DNA from: Camelus dromedarius
Taxonomy: Eukaryota
DNA: 64,000 nt
Direction: 5' to 3'
Assembly (NCBI RefSeq): GCF_036321535.1
Contig: NC_087447.1
Location: forward strand, 38,752,001-38,816,000
Part shown: in pieces, positions 50,830 through 62,337 of the stretch
Numbering within the stretch: position 1 is the first letter of the stretch
Layout: each line of letters opens with the position of its first letter
Made by a program: the position numbers and the translations under genes
Notes under the pieces: generated by a model
The model's database searches: none
The model's input: only the letters and a program-made list of their open reading frames with translations
What the model was told of the DNA's origin: nothing

Positions 50830-50959
50830 CGTGTACGCACTGGCAGAAGGTAAAAGGGCAGGAGGAGAGAGAGCAGAGGACTTTCTTCTACCTCTCCCTC
50901 CCAGCCTGGGCACAGCGTTTCTGGCAACAACCATACTCTCCATGGCTTGCCCTGAAGCT

Positions 50960-51781
50960 ATAATAGGGAAGAACAAATCTGACTCCCTATGAGATCTGTT
51001 CCTTTAGCTCTAACCTTGTGCTCTGTTTCCTGTGCTTAGTCACACTGGTTCTGCATCTTTTATAAAAGAATGTTGTCTAGAGCCTGAAATATACAGGCTA
51101 GCCCATTCTCAAGGCTCTGACCTTTAAGGGTATAACACTTTTCCATTCGTATAGAGATAGAAAGTTGCAGAACAGAGAATAACATTTGTCTTGTTGGAGA
51201 GGTTTACAGGAACAGCATGACCTGACCCACGTGGATTGCTGCAAGAACAAAAGAGTCTGACATCAAGAAATGTGCACCAACCACAGGTTTATGGCTACAT
51301 TCAGGGTTATGTCTATGTTCAGGGTTAGGGCAAGGTTCAGTGTTAGGCCCAGGTGCAGGGTTAGGCTAGGTGCAGGGTTAGGGCTACGTGCATTTTTAGG
51401 GTTTGTTTAAGGGTTAGGGTTAGTTGCCAGTGTATGGTTAGGTGCAGGGTTAAGGCTATGCGCATTGCTAGGGCTAGGTTCAGGGTCACTGCTAGTTTCA
51501 GGGTTAGGGCTAGGAGCAGGGATACGGCTAGGTGCAGGGTTAGGGCTAGGAGCAGGGATACGGCTAGGTGCAGGGTTAGGGCTAGGTGCAGGGTTAGGAC
51601 TAGGTTCATGGCTTGGGCTATGTGCAGAGTTAGTGCTATGTTCAGGGTTAGGTCTAGTTTCAGGTTTAAAGCTAGGTTCATTGTTAGTGTTATGTACAGG
51701 GTTATGGCTAGGTTCAAGTATAGAGCTATTAAAAAAAAAAAAAGAAAAGAAATGTGCACCAACCAACCACACCCCTCCCCT
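50960..51781 (+). mobile_element. 3'-truncated ERV1 LTR hosting the satellite retro-insertion
   Basis: Aligns with 42961-43177 plus 44411-44535. Homology stops after acccctcccct. Confidence 0.88.
51284..51746 (+). repeat. Degenerate telomere-like satellite (6-mer and 18-mer periodicity) with poly(A) tail; retroposed insertion
   Basis: Hexamer register AGGGTT/AGGGCT/AGGT(G/T)C over ~447 bp with seven exact TTAGGG. A tail 51731-51746. 19-bp TSD AAGAAATGTGCACCAACCA at 51265-51283 and 51747-51765. Confidence 0.93.
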
Positions 51782-52079
51782 GGGGCTGGAAACATGAGAA
51801 CTACATTTCCTTAAATCCTTTGCCAGCAGGTTCTGAATTATTGTCTATTAACAAGAGGCACTCACTGTGAGACTCAGAAGGCAGAAGGAAAACACACTAT
51901 TCCTTCTGCTGTGCAGTGGCCTCAGGGCCTTTCCACCCAGAGACACCCACCTTGGTGCTGTAGCAACTGTGACCACTGTCAGGGATTGGTTTCTTACAGT
52001 TGCAGATTGGGAAGATAGTAGGAACTTCTGGATTCTGAAAGCTGGCAGGAACCTGAGTGCTGTCAGTCATCTTCTGTTG

Positions 52080-52122
<43 letters not shown>

Positions 52123-52123
52123 A

Positions 52124-52162
<39 letters not shown>

Positions 52163-52260
52163 AATGGTTTTTAAAGCATGTATTCCCTGTCCTAAATCAT
52201 ATCCTACCTAAAATAACCAGAGTACTTCACTTTCTTGACCAACTCTTGACTAATACAATA
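51782..52260. mobile_element. LTR33/LTR16-like ERVL LTR with a compound (TG)n repeat
   Basis: gaactacatttcc...tttgccagcaggttctg motif. TG runs at 52083-52118 and 52126-52158. Confidence 0.55.
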
Positions 52261-53784
52261 ATTAGAAGGAAATAAAAAACTTGAATGTATAATGATTATT
52301 TTTCATTTATTTTTTCTATAGTCAAAGATTCATTTTGAGATTGTCAATTTTATTAGCATGGTATTCTTTAAAAATTTTTAAATTCTTTCTGTATTTATGA
52401 TATACTGGACTAAATATTTTATTTATTTGTTTATTCATTTTTTTTAAAAATTGGGCTTGCCAGAGGTTTTGTTTTTATTTTTAGAATCAGTTCTTTGACT
52501 TGTATACCGTTAGAAGTGTATTTAGCTGCATGCATCAGAAAATGCAACTAAGAGTGGCTTCAGGAAATAGGCATTCACTTTTCTAACACAATAATGAGCT
52601 CAGAGTTAGATAGTTGCTAGCCTCGTTCAACTACTCAATAGTGCTGTGAGGGATCTAGACTCATTCTGTTGTTTCAATTCACTATCCCTAGCCACGGGCT
52701 TCCCTTCTCACGTTTGTGACTTCGTGGTTACAAGATGGTTATTCTGTCAGATATCAGGGGTATATTCAGGGTATAAAATGTGGCCAGGGAAGGGGAAGAG
52801 GGAAAGCACTAAATCAGCTCTGACAGTACCCCTTTCTACCATTAAAGCAAGAGTGCTTCAAGAAGCCCCGTCAATAGTCCTCCATTGATACCTTGTTGAT
52901 AAGATTTACTTTACATGGCCACTCCTACCTATAAGGAGTCCTGCAAAGTTAACTTAATTCACTTCCCAGCTTCTATAGAAGATAAGAGAAAATAAAGTTA
53001 GGATTGGAAACAGTAAGAAAATCAACCTACAGTCTCCACCATATATATCAATTTCATGTTGTTTGTTTCTGGTTCTTTTTTATTTATCTTGCTGTTTATT
53101 TTCTAAGTTATTGAGTCAAAGAAGGAAGTTTATCTATTTTATTCTGTTGCTGTTAAACAATGAGATTATTTTATGCTGTGAATTTGCCTATGAGGATAGC
53201 TTTGACAACGTCCCGTGAGTTGATATACTGTGTTCTCACTGCAATTTTCTAAACGATCTACAATTGAACCATTAATTTCCTCTCTTAATGACAGTTTTTT
53301 AGGAGAGTGTTTTTCATTTCCATGAAGTTGAGGGCTTTATCCTTAAACCTTTTTCTTATTTAGATTTATTGAATTTTAGGGAGAGAATGTAGTCATTACA
53401 ATTTCTACTTTTTGAGATTGATTGAACTTTTTTGTGGTCTAGTATAAGATCACTTTTTGTAAATGTTTCTCAAACATTTTAATAAAAGGTATATTTTTGT
53501 TTATAATATTATTATTATAACACATATGTATTGTTCAAATTCTGCATAGCCCCAGGTTTGGAGGGAGGGTTGTTCTAATTTGTCTGCAGAAGTCACCCTC
53601 CAAATTATACAACTATGTTTCCTCTTATGTTTGTAATCCTAGCCTCTCTGTGCCTCAGTATCCCTGTCTCTAAAATGGGAGAAATAGTATTTCCTACTTC
53701 ATAGAGTTGCTGAGAGGGTTAAATGATTTAATTTTATGTGAAATGTTTACAGCAGTGCCTTGCATGTGGTCAGCAATCAGTAAT

Positions 53785-54133
53785 TGTTGCTAAAGTAATC
53801 AAACAAGGACCGAGGTGGCTCTGATGACTTGGTAGCCTCTGTGAGAAAACCGAACCCTCAGCCAGAGTCAATGCCTATAAATGCCTCAATAGTAACAACA
53901 ACAAATCACAAAGAGCCAGAGTCTTTCCCAAGTAATGCAACTATTGGAGCTATCAATCAATCAATTTCCCTGTTTTGCTTTGCATCTTCTCTAAAAACCT
54001 TGCCCCTAGCTCCCCTAGCTCCTGCCAGGGGATCAGTTCTAACTACTTCTGGTATAGAATTGCCCAATTCCAATCGACTTTTGCTCAAATAATCTCTAAA
54101 AATTTTTAATATGCCTCAGTTTATCTTTTAACA
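53785..54133 (+). mobile_element. MER34-like ERV1 solo LTR
   Basis: Terminal ttttgctcaaataa...aatttttaatatgcctcagtttatcttttaaca. Confidence 0.65.
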
Positions 54134-54187
54134 AAATTAACTACTATTATTATCATTATTACTTTCAGTCTGACTTGCTCTGTTTCT

Positions 54188-54300
54188 TTTGGGGGGGAGG
54201 GTAGGTAATTAGGATTATTTATTTTTATATTATTTTTTAATGTAGGTACTGAGGATTGAACCCAGGACCTCATGCAGGCTAAGCATGCACTCTACCGCTG
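54188..54300 (-). mobile_element. Camelid-type tRNA-derived SINE, 5'-truncated
   Basis: ggtactgaggattgaacccaggacctcatgcaggctaagcatgcactctaccgctg. TSD CTTGCTCTGTTTCT at 54174-54187 and 54301-54314. Confidence 0.88.
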
Positions 54301-57300
54301 CTTGCTCTGTTTCTAATATCAGAGCAAGGGTAGGACAGGATCTTCATTCTCAGGCCAATTCCATTGGCATCGAAGTTGGTGTTAATTAGTCCCAGATTCT
54401 GGCAGCAGTATGTCAGTCCTAGTCTGCAGTTTTTTTAAATACATGTTTGACATTTTCTCTGTTTCACAGACTTTTATTGGGAGGTTGGAAGAGGTTGTGT
54501 CAAGAGATACTTACCCAGCCACCTTTTAAACCAGAACACTTGTAACTAATTTTTAAAATAAACTGCTTCAATGAGATTCAAGTTGGGTGGAGATTGAGGC
54601 TATAATTCAATTGCCATAAAAGAAACAGCCATTAAGGGCACTTTTCAGCTCTGGCTAGGCACTTTCTTAATGGCCTCAAAAGGCTTTGGTGAAATATTTC
54701 AGAGAATCGTTTTGTTCTTATCAGCAGTTCATTTGAGAATTTAGTGCCTTTTTTTTCACATGTCATGAATTTCAACACTATCTTTCTGAATTGTATCTGA
54801 TCTACTCTCTAAAACCAATCACAGAATCATCTTTAAAATAGCATCCTTGCCTCAATGAGAGCTCCCTTTTTAAAACAGTAAGTCTGACAGGCATCATGCA
54901 TTTTAAATTGAACATAGACTGCAAAGCAGCCCTTATTCATTAGTCCAACTGACCTTGGAATAACCCAGACCAGAGAAGAATAAGACCATAAATCGAAGAA
55001 GACTCTAGTCCTGGCTGGGGCTTGGTGAGCCTATCAACCCAGGAGTGCAGACAGCAATCATGCATGACATGGGAATTTTACGTTTGCACATGCAGTCAAA
55101 CTCCTCTAATGGAAAGAGCACGTGAGTAGGGGTCAGGAGACAGGAGTTGTAGTCCTGATTTCAAAACGTACTGACTGTGTCACTTAACTTTCAGAGCCTC
55201 CATTCTCTTGCTTATAAAATGAGGATAACATCCTAGGCCATACCTCCTTCAAGACTATCTTTTCCTGCCCTCAGGGAACTCATGCTTAGTGGAGGGACAG
55301 CAGGGAAAATGGTGGAGTCTCGAGCTTTGGAAATTTAGGATTTGAATAACAGCTCCACCCACTTATTAACTGTGCAACTTTGAGCAAATTATTTGTGTTC
55401 CTGGTGCCTCGGTTTCCTCATCTATAAAACGAGGGGGTGATAATAGTATCTATGTCATAGGCCGTTTTGAAGATTAAATGAAATAATTTACATCAAGCTC
55501 TTAGCCCAGTTCCTGGCATAAGGAAAGCACTCAGTAAATGGCATTAATACTCCAGTGTGACTGGCTCTCTTTGGGCAGCCTTTGATTTGTCCCCTAAGCC
55601 AACCATGAGGCCAGACTTGGTAGTTTGCCCCAGACTCCTGATACCTCCCCTTCCCCACAAAAAGACCAGCTCCAAAGGATTGACATGTTCATTTTCATGG
55701 AGGGTCAGAGGAAGGGGTAAAAGAATAACAATGACTGAACTATACTGATCCTCAGTATGTTTTAGGTACGATGCTGAATACTTCTTGTGAATGATCTCAT
55801 TTCATTCCATTCAATACAACAACATTTAAGCCAACTTTGTCTCAACTATTGTAATTTTTTCTGTAGAGCTTTTTCCCTTTAGAGAAAGAACTACTTTCTG
55901 AGGAGTCTATTCTGCCTTCTTTTTCCCAAGGAACTGAAAATTCCCTTTATTGCCCCAAGCAGTACAATTTTCCCAGCAAGTTGCACACCCCATTCAGGAA
56001 AACCAAGGCAAGGTAGCCAGATTGACTGCCTCCTCCCTAATTCATGCTGTTCAGGGACACTTCAGTTCATCCCACAATGCCTGCTATTGGCGGGCTAGGT
56101 CCAGTGGTCCTCATCACCCCCACACAGTCAGGAAGAATGTCTAGATTTCAGTCTTGTTCCCCATTTATTTCCTGTGCCTGACATTTAGGAGGTCATCCAT
56201 AAGTATTTATGGAAGGACAAATGTATGATCAAACCAACATTACAGAGGTCAGAATGAACTAGTGTTTAACAAAAGAGCAGTAATGTGCTGTAGGGAACAG
56301 ACTGAGAGGATTTGGGAAAGCTGCATGAAGAAGACAGAATGTGACCTTGAAAGCTGAGCAGAATTTTAATAGGCAGAGACTAGGGACAAGAACATCTCAA
56401 ATAAAGGGAGCTGTGTAATAGCACAGATATAAAAGAGCGTATGGTTTGTTCGGCGCAGAGAAATCATATGAACAGTCTGTGATGTGGAGGTTCAGAGCCT
56501 GAACCCCAGACACGCCTGAAACCTCAGGGTGGCCAGAGAAAGCATCGCCAGAGACGGCGCTGGGAAGCTTGTGGGAGCCGGCTCAAAGGGAGAGACCTGA
56601 GCATCTTGTGCAGATCTTTGCTTCATTCTCAGGCAGTGGGGGAAATGTACCACTGAGAGGTCCGGAGGAGACTGGCTTGCTCAGATGTGTCCTTTAAAAA
56701 GATGACGCTACTGAGGAGGGGTTAGGGGGTGGGCAGAGACTGGGGACAAGGACAGCCAGACAAGGAGGGCAGTGCACACAGGTAAGCACTTCCCTCCACG
56801 GGTTTTCAAGGCCATTTCCTCAAGGAAAGTTAGTCTGGAGTTCTGCTCCCAACAGATCTGAGCATCTGTTTGTTATATGAAAGAAATAGGGTTTGTCCTC
56901 CATGTTCTTTGTAAATATTTCAAGCCGAAGGTCATAGAGAGGAAGCTAATTAACAAAGAAAACATACCATGGATATTAAATCTTCTAATCAAAGCTAACA
57001 AGTCTGCTCTAATTGGGGTGGGGTGGGGTGAGTATATTCATAAATCCAAGGTCTGAGAAAAGAAAAAAAGAAGGAAAAAAGCCCTTTCAGATCCTGGCAG
57101 CCTCTCCGGCGCTCTCTTCAGAGCTGCCACTTGTTCCTAGCAGGTGCTTCTGTTATCAACTCTTTGATAGTCTCGAGTACATTCCTAGAATGTGCACAAT
57201 TCCAAACAATGAAGCATCTCTCTTACTCCGTGGTACCAACTTCTCCTTCTGAAGCCATAGCCACCACCATCACCATCATGTGTCTGCTCATAGCCTCCAT

Positions 57301-57479
57301 CTGGTTTCCCTCCATAATCACTTTTTATTTACCGCTGTGCTACACCAATTTCAGCCTCTGGTTAATTCTGATATCATATAATCACTATAAAATTTCCCCC
57401 TACTCCCGCTACAGTCTTAAAAATGAGTTCATGCCCATTCCAATCTGTGTTATAAAGGCATCAGGACTGTAGGGTAGGA

Positions 57480-58231
57480 CTGTTGGTAGGAATGTAAATT
57501 GGTGTAGCCAATATGGAAAACAGTATGGAAATTCCTTTTAAAAAACTAAAACTAGAATTACCATATGATCAGCAATCCCACTTCTGAGCATACATCCAGA
57601 AAAGAAGAAAATTCTAGTTCAGGAAGAAACATGTACCTCAATATTCACTGCAGCATTATTTACAATAGCCAAGACATGGAAGCAACCTAAATGTTCATAG
57701 ATAGATGACTGGATAAAGAAGTTGTGGTATATTTATACAATGGAATACTACTTGGCCATAAAAAAAGAATAAAATAAGGCCATTTGCAGCAACAGGGATG
57801 GACTTAGAGATCATCATACTAGGTGAAGTAAGTCAGAGAAAGACAAATATCATACATATCATGTATATCTGGAATCTAAAAAAATGATACAAATTGACTT
57901 TTTTAAGAAACAATAATAGACTCATAGACAGAAAACAAACTAATGGTTACCAAAGTGGAAATGTGGGGAGAGGGATAAATTAAGAGTTTGAGATGAACAG
58001 ATACACACTATGATACATAAAATTAGCAACATGTACTGACTGTACAGCACAGGGAACTGTAATCAATATCTTTTAATAACCTACATTGGAAAAAAATTTG
58101 AAAAAGAATATATATATGTGTGTGTGCATATATATATGACCGAAACACTTCTCTGTACACGTGAAACATATTAAATGAACTATATACTTTAATTTTTAAA
58201 ATTTTAATAAATAAATAACATTTAAAAAAAA
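57480..58231 (+). mobile_element. 5'-truncated L1 3' end
   Basis: ORF2-end and 3' UTR text with A tail. TSD GACTG(T/G)AGGGTAGGA at 57465-57479 and 58232-58246. Confidence 0.9.
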
Positions 58232-58861
58232 GACTGGAGGGTAGGAGTTAATCAACATTAAGACACAAAATAGAAATGGTGCCTAAGACAATTTGAGATG
58301 GGTTGGGTATGGCGGTAAAAAATCAGGAAACATGATGATTTATATTTTTTAGCTGAGGCATTGGAAAGACGGCGATTTCTCAGTACTAGAAATAGTACTG
58401 AGATTTGAGTGCTATTGTTTACTATTTAGCCAGAAAACCAGGGTCTACCACAATCCTTTCCTAAACCATAGCCTCCTACTATGAAGTGTGTGAAAGAACA
58501 CACACATACATAGACACACACAAACAGCAAATAAAAGAACTGGCTAAAGCAGGTAAAGCAGTCTGCCCAATTTTCTTGCTCCTTCCTCCCTCAAAGTCCA
58601 TACTCAGGTTTCAACTCTTGCCACACTGATCATATGGTTGAAAGAAGCCAAAAAGAGACTGAGAGAGTAGAAGACAGCCAGGCTGGTTGCTGGCCCTTAT
58701 CACTTTAGACACATAGAAGGAAGAGACAGATAAGACACAGACGGTCAGATCTGCTTAGCTGGAGAAAGCCCTGGGTCAGCAAACTAGTTTCACTCCACAA
58801 AGAAAGAAAAACAATAAAGAAAGTCCCACCAATGCCTTTTAAAGTAGGATTTGGCATACTA

Positions 58862-59165
58862 TGGAGTATGGGTCAAATACGGCCCATTGCTTGTTTTCAC
58901 ATGACTCACAAACTTATAATGATTTCTACATTTTTAAACGGTTGGAAAAAAACTGAAAGAAGGGTGATATTTCATGACAAGTGAAAATTACATAAAATTT
59001 GAATTTTAATGTCCATACATCAATTTTTATTGGAACGCTTTGATTGCCATTCATTTACCTATTGCCAGTGACTGCTTTTAGCTTCAACAGAGAAGATACA
59101 GACCATGAAGCCTAAGGTAGTTACTACCTGGCCCTTTACAGAGAAAGTCTGCCAGCCCACGTTCT
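58862..59165. mobile_element. MER58B-like hAT-Charlie element, opposite orientation to the copy at 15624
   Basis: tggccctttacagagaaagtctgccagccc end and internal atttttaaacggttggaaaaaa. Confidence 0.7.
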
Positions 59166-61244
59166 AAAGCATAGTGATTCTATCCAAATAAACAGGGCCT
59201 GATTAGATTTTAAAAATCTGACCCATTCAGATCAATTTCTCCTCTCTGGGAGAAGCAAGGAAGAGCGTGGAAAGAGGAGAGAGGAGCTTTGTCTTCCTTC
59301 CTTTAAAGGAAATTGTGTACTAGGGTTGGAACACAGGAGGAGGAACAAGTTTTGAGGAGGCAGACGGCATATTTAGTTTGAGGTGTCTGGGGGACACCCA
59401 GGAGGTGGATGGACTTCTCAGCTTGCCTCTCAGGAAGCAGAGTTGGAGATACGGACTTGGAGACTTGTCTACGGAGGAAGCAGTGATGCCATGGGTCAGC
59501 TCTCCCGGGGAGAACAGGGATGGCCAAGAAGAGAACTGCCTAGGGCTGCCAGGGAGGCTATTTACTACCCGCTAAGTCTGGCAACCTTACTGGGGACAGA
59601 ATTTTGAAATTTGAAGTTGGAATAGAAAAGGAAGGGCCAACAAAAGAAACAGAAAAGGAAAAGTAAGAGGAGCAGGAGGAAAATCCTAAAAGCTCCTAAA
59701 AGGCTATTTGTCACCTTGTAGGGTGCAGCTTAATTGGAATAATGGAGGCAGGAGCCAGTAGACTGAAAAGAGTGAGAAATGATGAATATGGATTCTCATT
59801 TCCAGAAATTTACTTGTGCTGCAAAGGACCAAAAGATGGCAGGGTGAGGGGAGATGTTGGGTTAATGGCTCAGTTTGGGGTAATAGGGGCCATGTGAGCC
59901 TGTCTTTTGGTGAAGGTAAGAAGACAGTGGGAAGTAGCTGAAGATGTGATGAGATGAACCAGGAATAGTCACCTAGACCAAAGAGAGGATGGAATCTCTG
60001 TTTTTCTGTAACCTATTACAAGGCCAGAGCCCCCACTCCTGCACTCACAGTTAGTGCCCAGCCCCTCACAGATGCATCAGTCAACTCTGTGGACGATGCC
60101 TGTATCCTCAGGTCAGATCTGGCCTCTCATTCAGCCTTGTATCTCTTTGACCTGTTCTAGCCTCGTGAAAGTTGGGGACTTAAGATTGGACCCACTCAGC
60201 CTGGGAGTGGACCAACATAAAAATGTAACCACAACCCCCTGTTGGGTACCTGAAAGCTCAGGTTCTCCCCGAGGGGCCCCTCCCTCTCTCATGCACATCA
60301 TGAAGTTGCCCAATCTGAAACATGTAGGTCCAGTGGCAAAAGCAGCCCAGGGAGAGGCAGGCCCAACATTTCCTTAGAAACAATCTGATGCGACTGAAAC
60401 CCCTCTTTACATCATCCTCTTTTTGTTGGGAACCTATAATTTCATTCATAACTTTAGGAAGATAATTACACCATGCTAGCGAGAGACAACTTGAAGAATA
60501 ACTGTTTATTTTCAAAGGAGATATATTTCATGCACTGGCTGCATAATGGGGTCAGGGACATAGCAAGCTGTCACCATGTTTTCTATGTCATTTTAGCTGC
60601 CTGGCAGGGTCCTACATGGGAAATGGAAAATCTCTATGATAGATCATATAATATCCTTGGCCTTGCTCAGAAGCCATATTTTGGAGGCAGGATTTGTAAG
60701 TATCTCCATATTTACAAATTTTTCATTTGTCAAACAGTGTCAGTCTTGCTTCTGCTCTACCTTCAGACTCTGCCCCACCCCAGGTGCCAGCACAGCCCCC
60801 CACCTGATGGGTCTCAAAAGAAATTAATAGGATTATAATTGTTGAGTACCTGGGATGATCCCCATGTTGTTTTTCACTGCAGATCAGATCCAGGACCTAG
60901 AAGCAACCCCCTCAATGTACAGAGGCTTTTAAGACACTGAGAATATTATATACAATAAAGCCATATAAATAATGAATTTAAGATTTAGACCAGAAAATAC
61001 AGGAACTAGCATAATATTACTAGCTAACATTTACTGAGGGCTGACTCTGGGCCTGCTACAGATCTAAACCATTTACTTGATTACTCAATGAATCCTTGCA
61101 AAAAAGTATGAGGTAGACAAGACCATGATCTATTTTGTAAATGAGGAAATTATGGAACTAGCCCAAAAGTCACTCAGACAGAATTCAAACTCAGAGAGTG
61201 TGAATCCGGGGTATAAGCGCTTTATCAGGAGGTGTGTTTCTCCC

Positions 61245-61617
61245 TGTAGCGTAGCATTCTGTGGTGTGCTGCCTAGATCTCGCACCTCCAGGACTGAAAC
61301 ATTCATTTCCCCAGCTGAAGGGGGTGTCAGGCCTCATGAAAGTTGTACCACCCATCCAATGATGAGTCCCTGTTGGAGTATAAAGGCCCAGCCCCTTGCC
61401 CCAGTTCAAGACAACTCTGAGGCTCCCTCCAGGGTGCAGTGCTCTCCAAGAACCAGCTGAGACTTTGCTGTGAATGCACTGCAGTTCCCCTTCTGATCTG
61501 CCCAGTCCTGCTTCCTCTCCTCCCCAACAGGTCCTACTAACAGAAGACACCCCAATACACTTCCTGCGCACGATCTCCGTCTCAGTGTCTGCTTCCCCCA
61601 AGAACCTGGTCTGCAAC
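61245..61617 (+). mobile_element. LTR16C-like ERVL solo LTR
   Basis: ctgcccagtcctgcttcct...tctccgtctcagtgtctgcttcccc...tgcaaca. Confidence 0.7.
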
Positions 61618-62285
61618 ACCCTCTTAGACGTGATTCAGCAGAAAACTCAAAACACAGATAGGACTATACACTGTTATTAAAGGGACTTTGCCAATTTACC
61701 CCTGAGCATTCTGACAGCCAAAGAAAAGATGGACACATGAAAAGAATTGAACCAAAAATCCAAGGGCAATCTTATATGCCTACATGCAGAGCCTGGGAAA
61801 TCTAGAGGATGCGAAGACTAAGAGGCTTACCCCTGCTTTCCTGGTGGATCCAGGAGAGGTTGCTGCCTTCAGAGCTCTTGAACTTCTACAAATTGTCCAG
61901 CATCCCAATTACATTTGTACATGTGACCTCTGAGCTGGCTTCAGGTACTTACTTAGAGGGAGATAGATTTGCATATTTCCAAGGGAACTTCCGAAGTGAG
62001 GGAGGCCAAGGGAGCAAAACGGGACGTAGCATCCCTGCAGAGAATTCTGGGCATCTGGGCAGCAATAGGGAACAGGAATCCAGTTTTCCTGCAAGAAGGG
62101 GCTTCAGAGGTTGAGGGGTGGCCCTGCCTTCTTCCTGCTCTGGCAATGAGAGACAGCCTGAGTCACAGGAGCATCTGAAGACGCCAGGGGTTAGCTCACA
62201 CCAGCACAGGGCGCTTGGCGTGCACTTGCCTTTGGTAGGGCTGGGAGAGAAAGCACCATGTGAGCTGTACCCTCCCCATGTACAG

Positions 62286-62287
<2 letters not shown>

Positions 62288-62335
<48 letters not shown>
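62288..62335 (+). repeat. (CA)n microsatellite
   Basis: Read directly, with one interruption. Confidence 0.95.

Positions 62336-62337
<2 letters not shown>

Noticed and set aside
51284..51730. Relic of a telomere-telomere chromosome fusion
   Set aside because: Single orientation with no head-to-head inversion, and the A tail plus TSD inside a continuous LTR argue for insertion.
51361..51814. Four overlapping ORFs with repetitive peptides (PNPAPS, LGLGAG, LALTLH, RVRAR)
   Set aside because: They are by-products of a stop-poor hexameric satellite open in several frames on both strands. There is no gene context.
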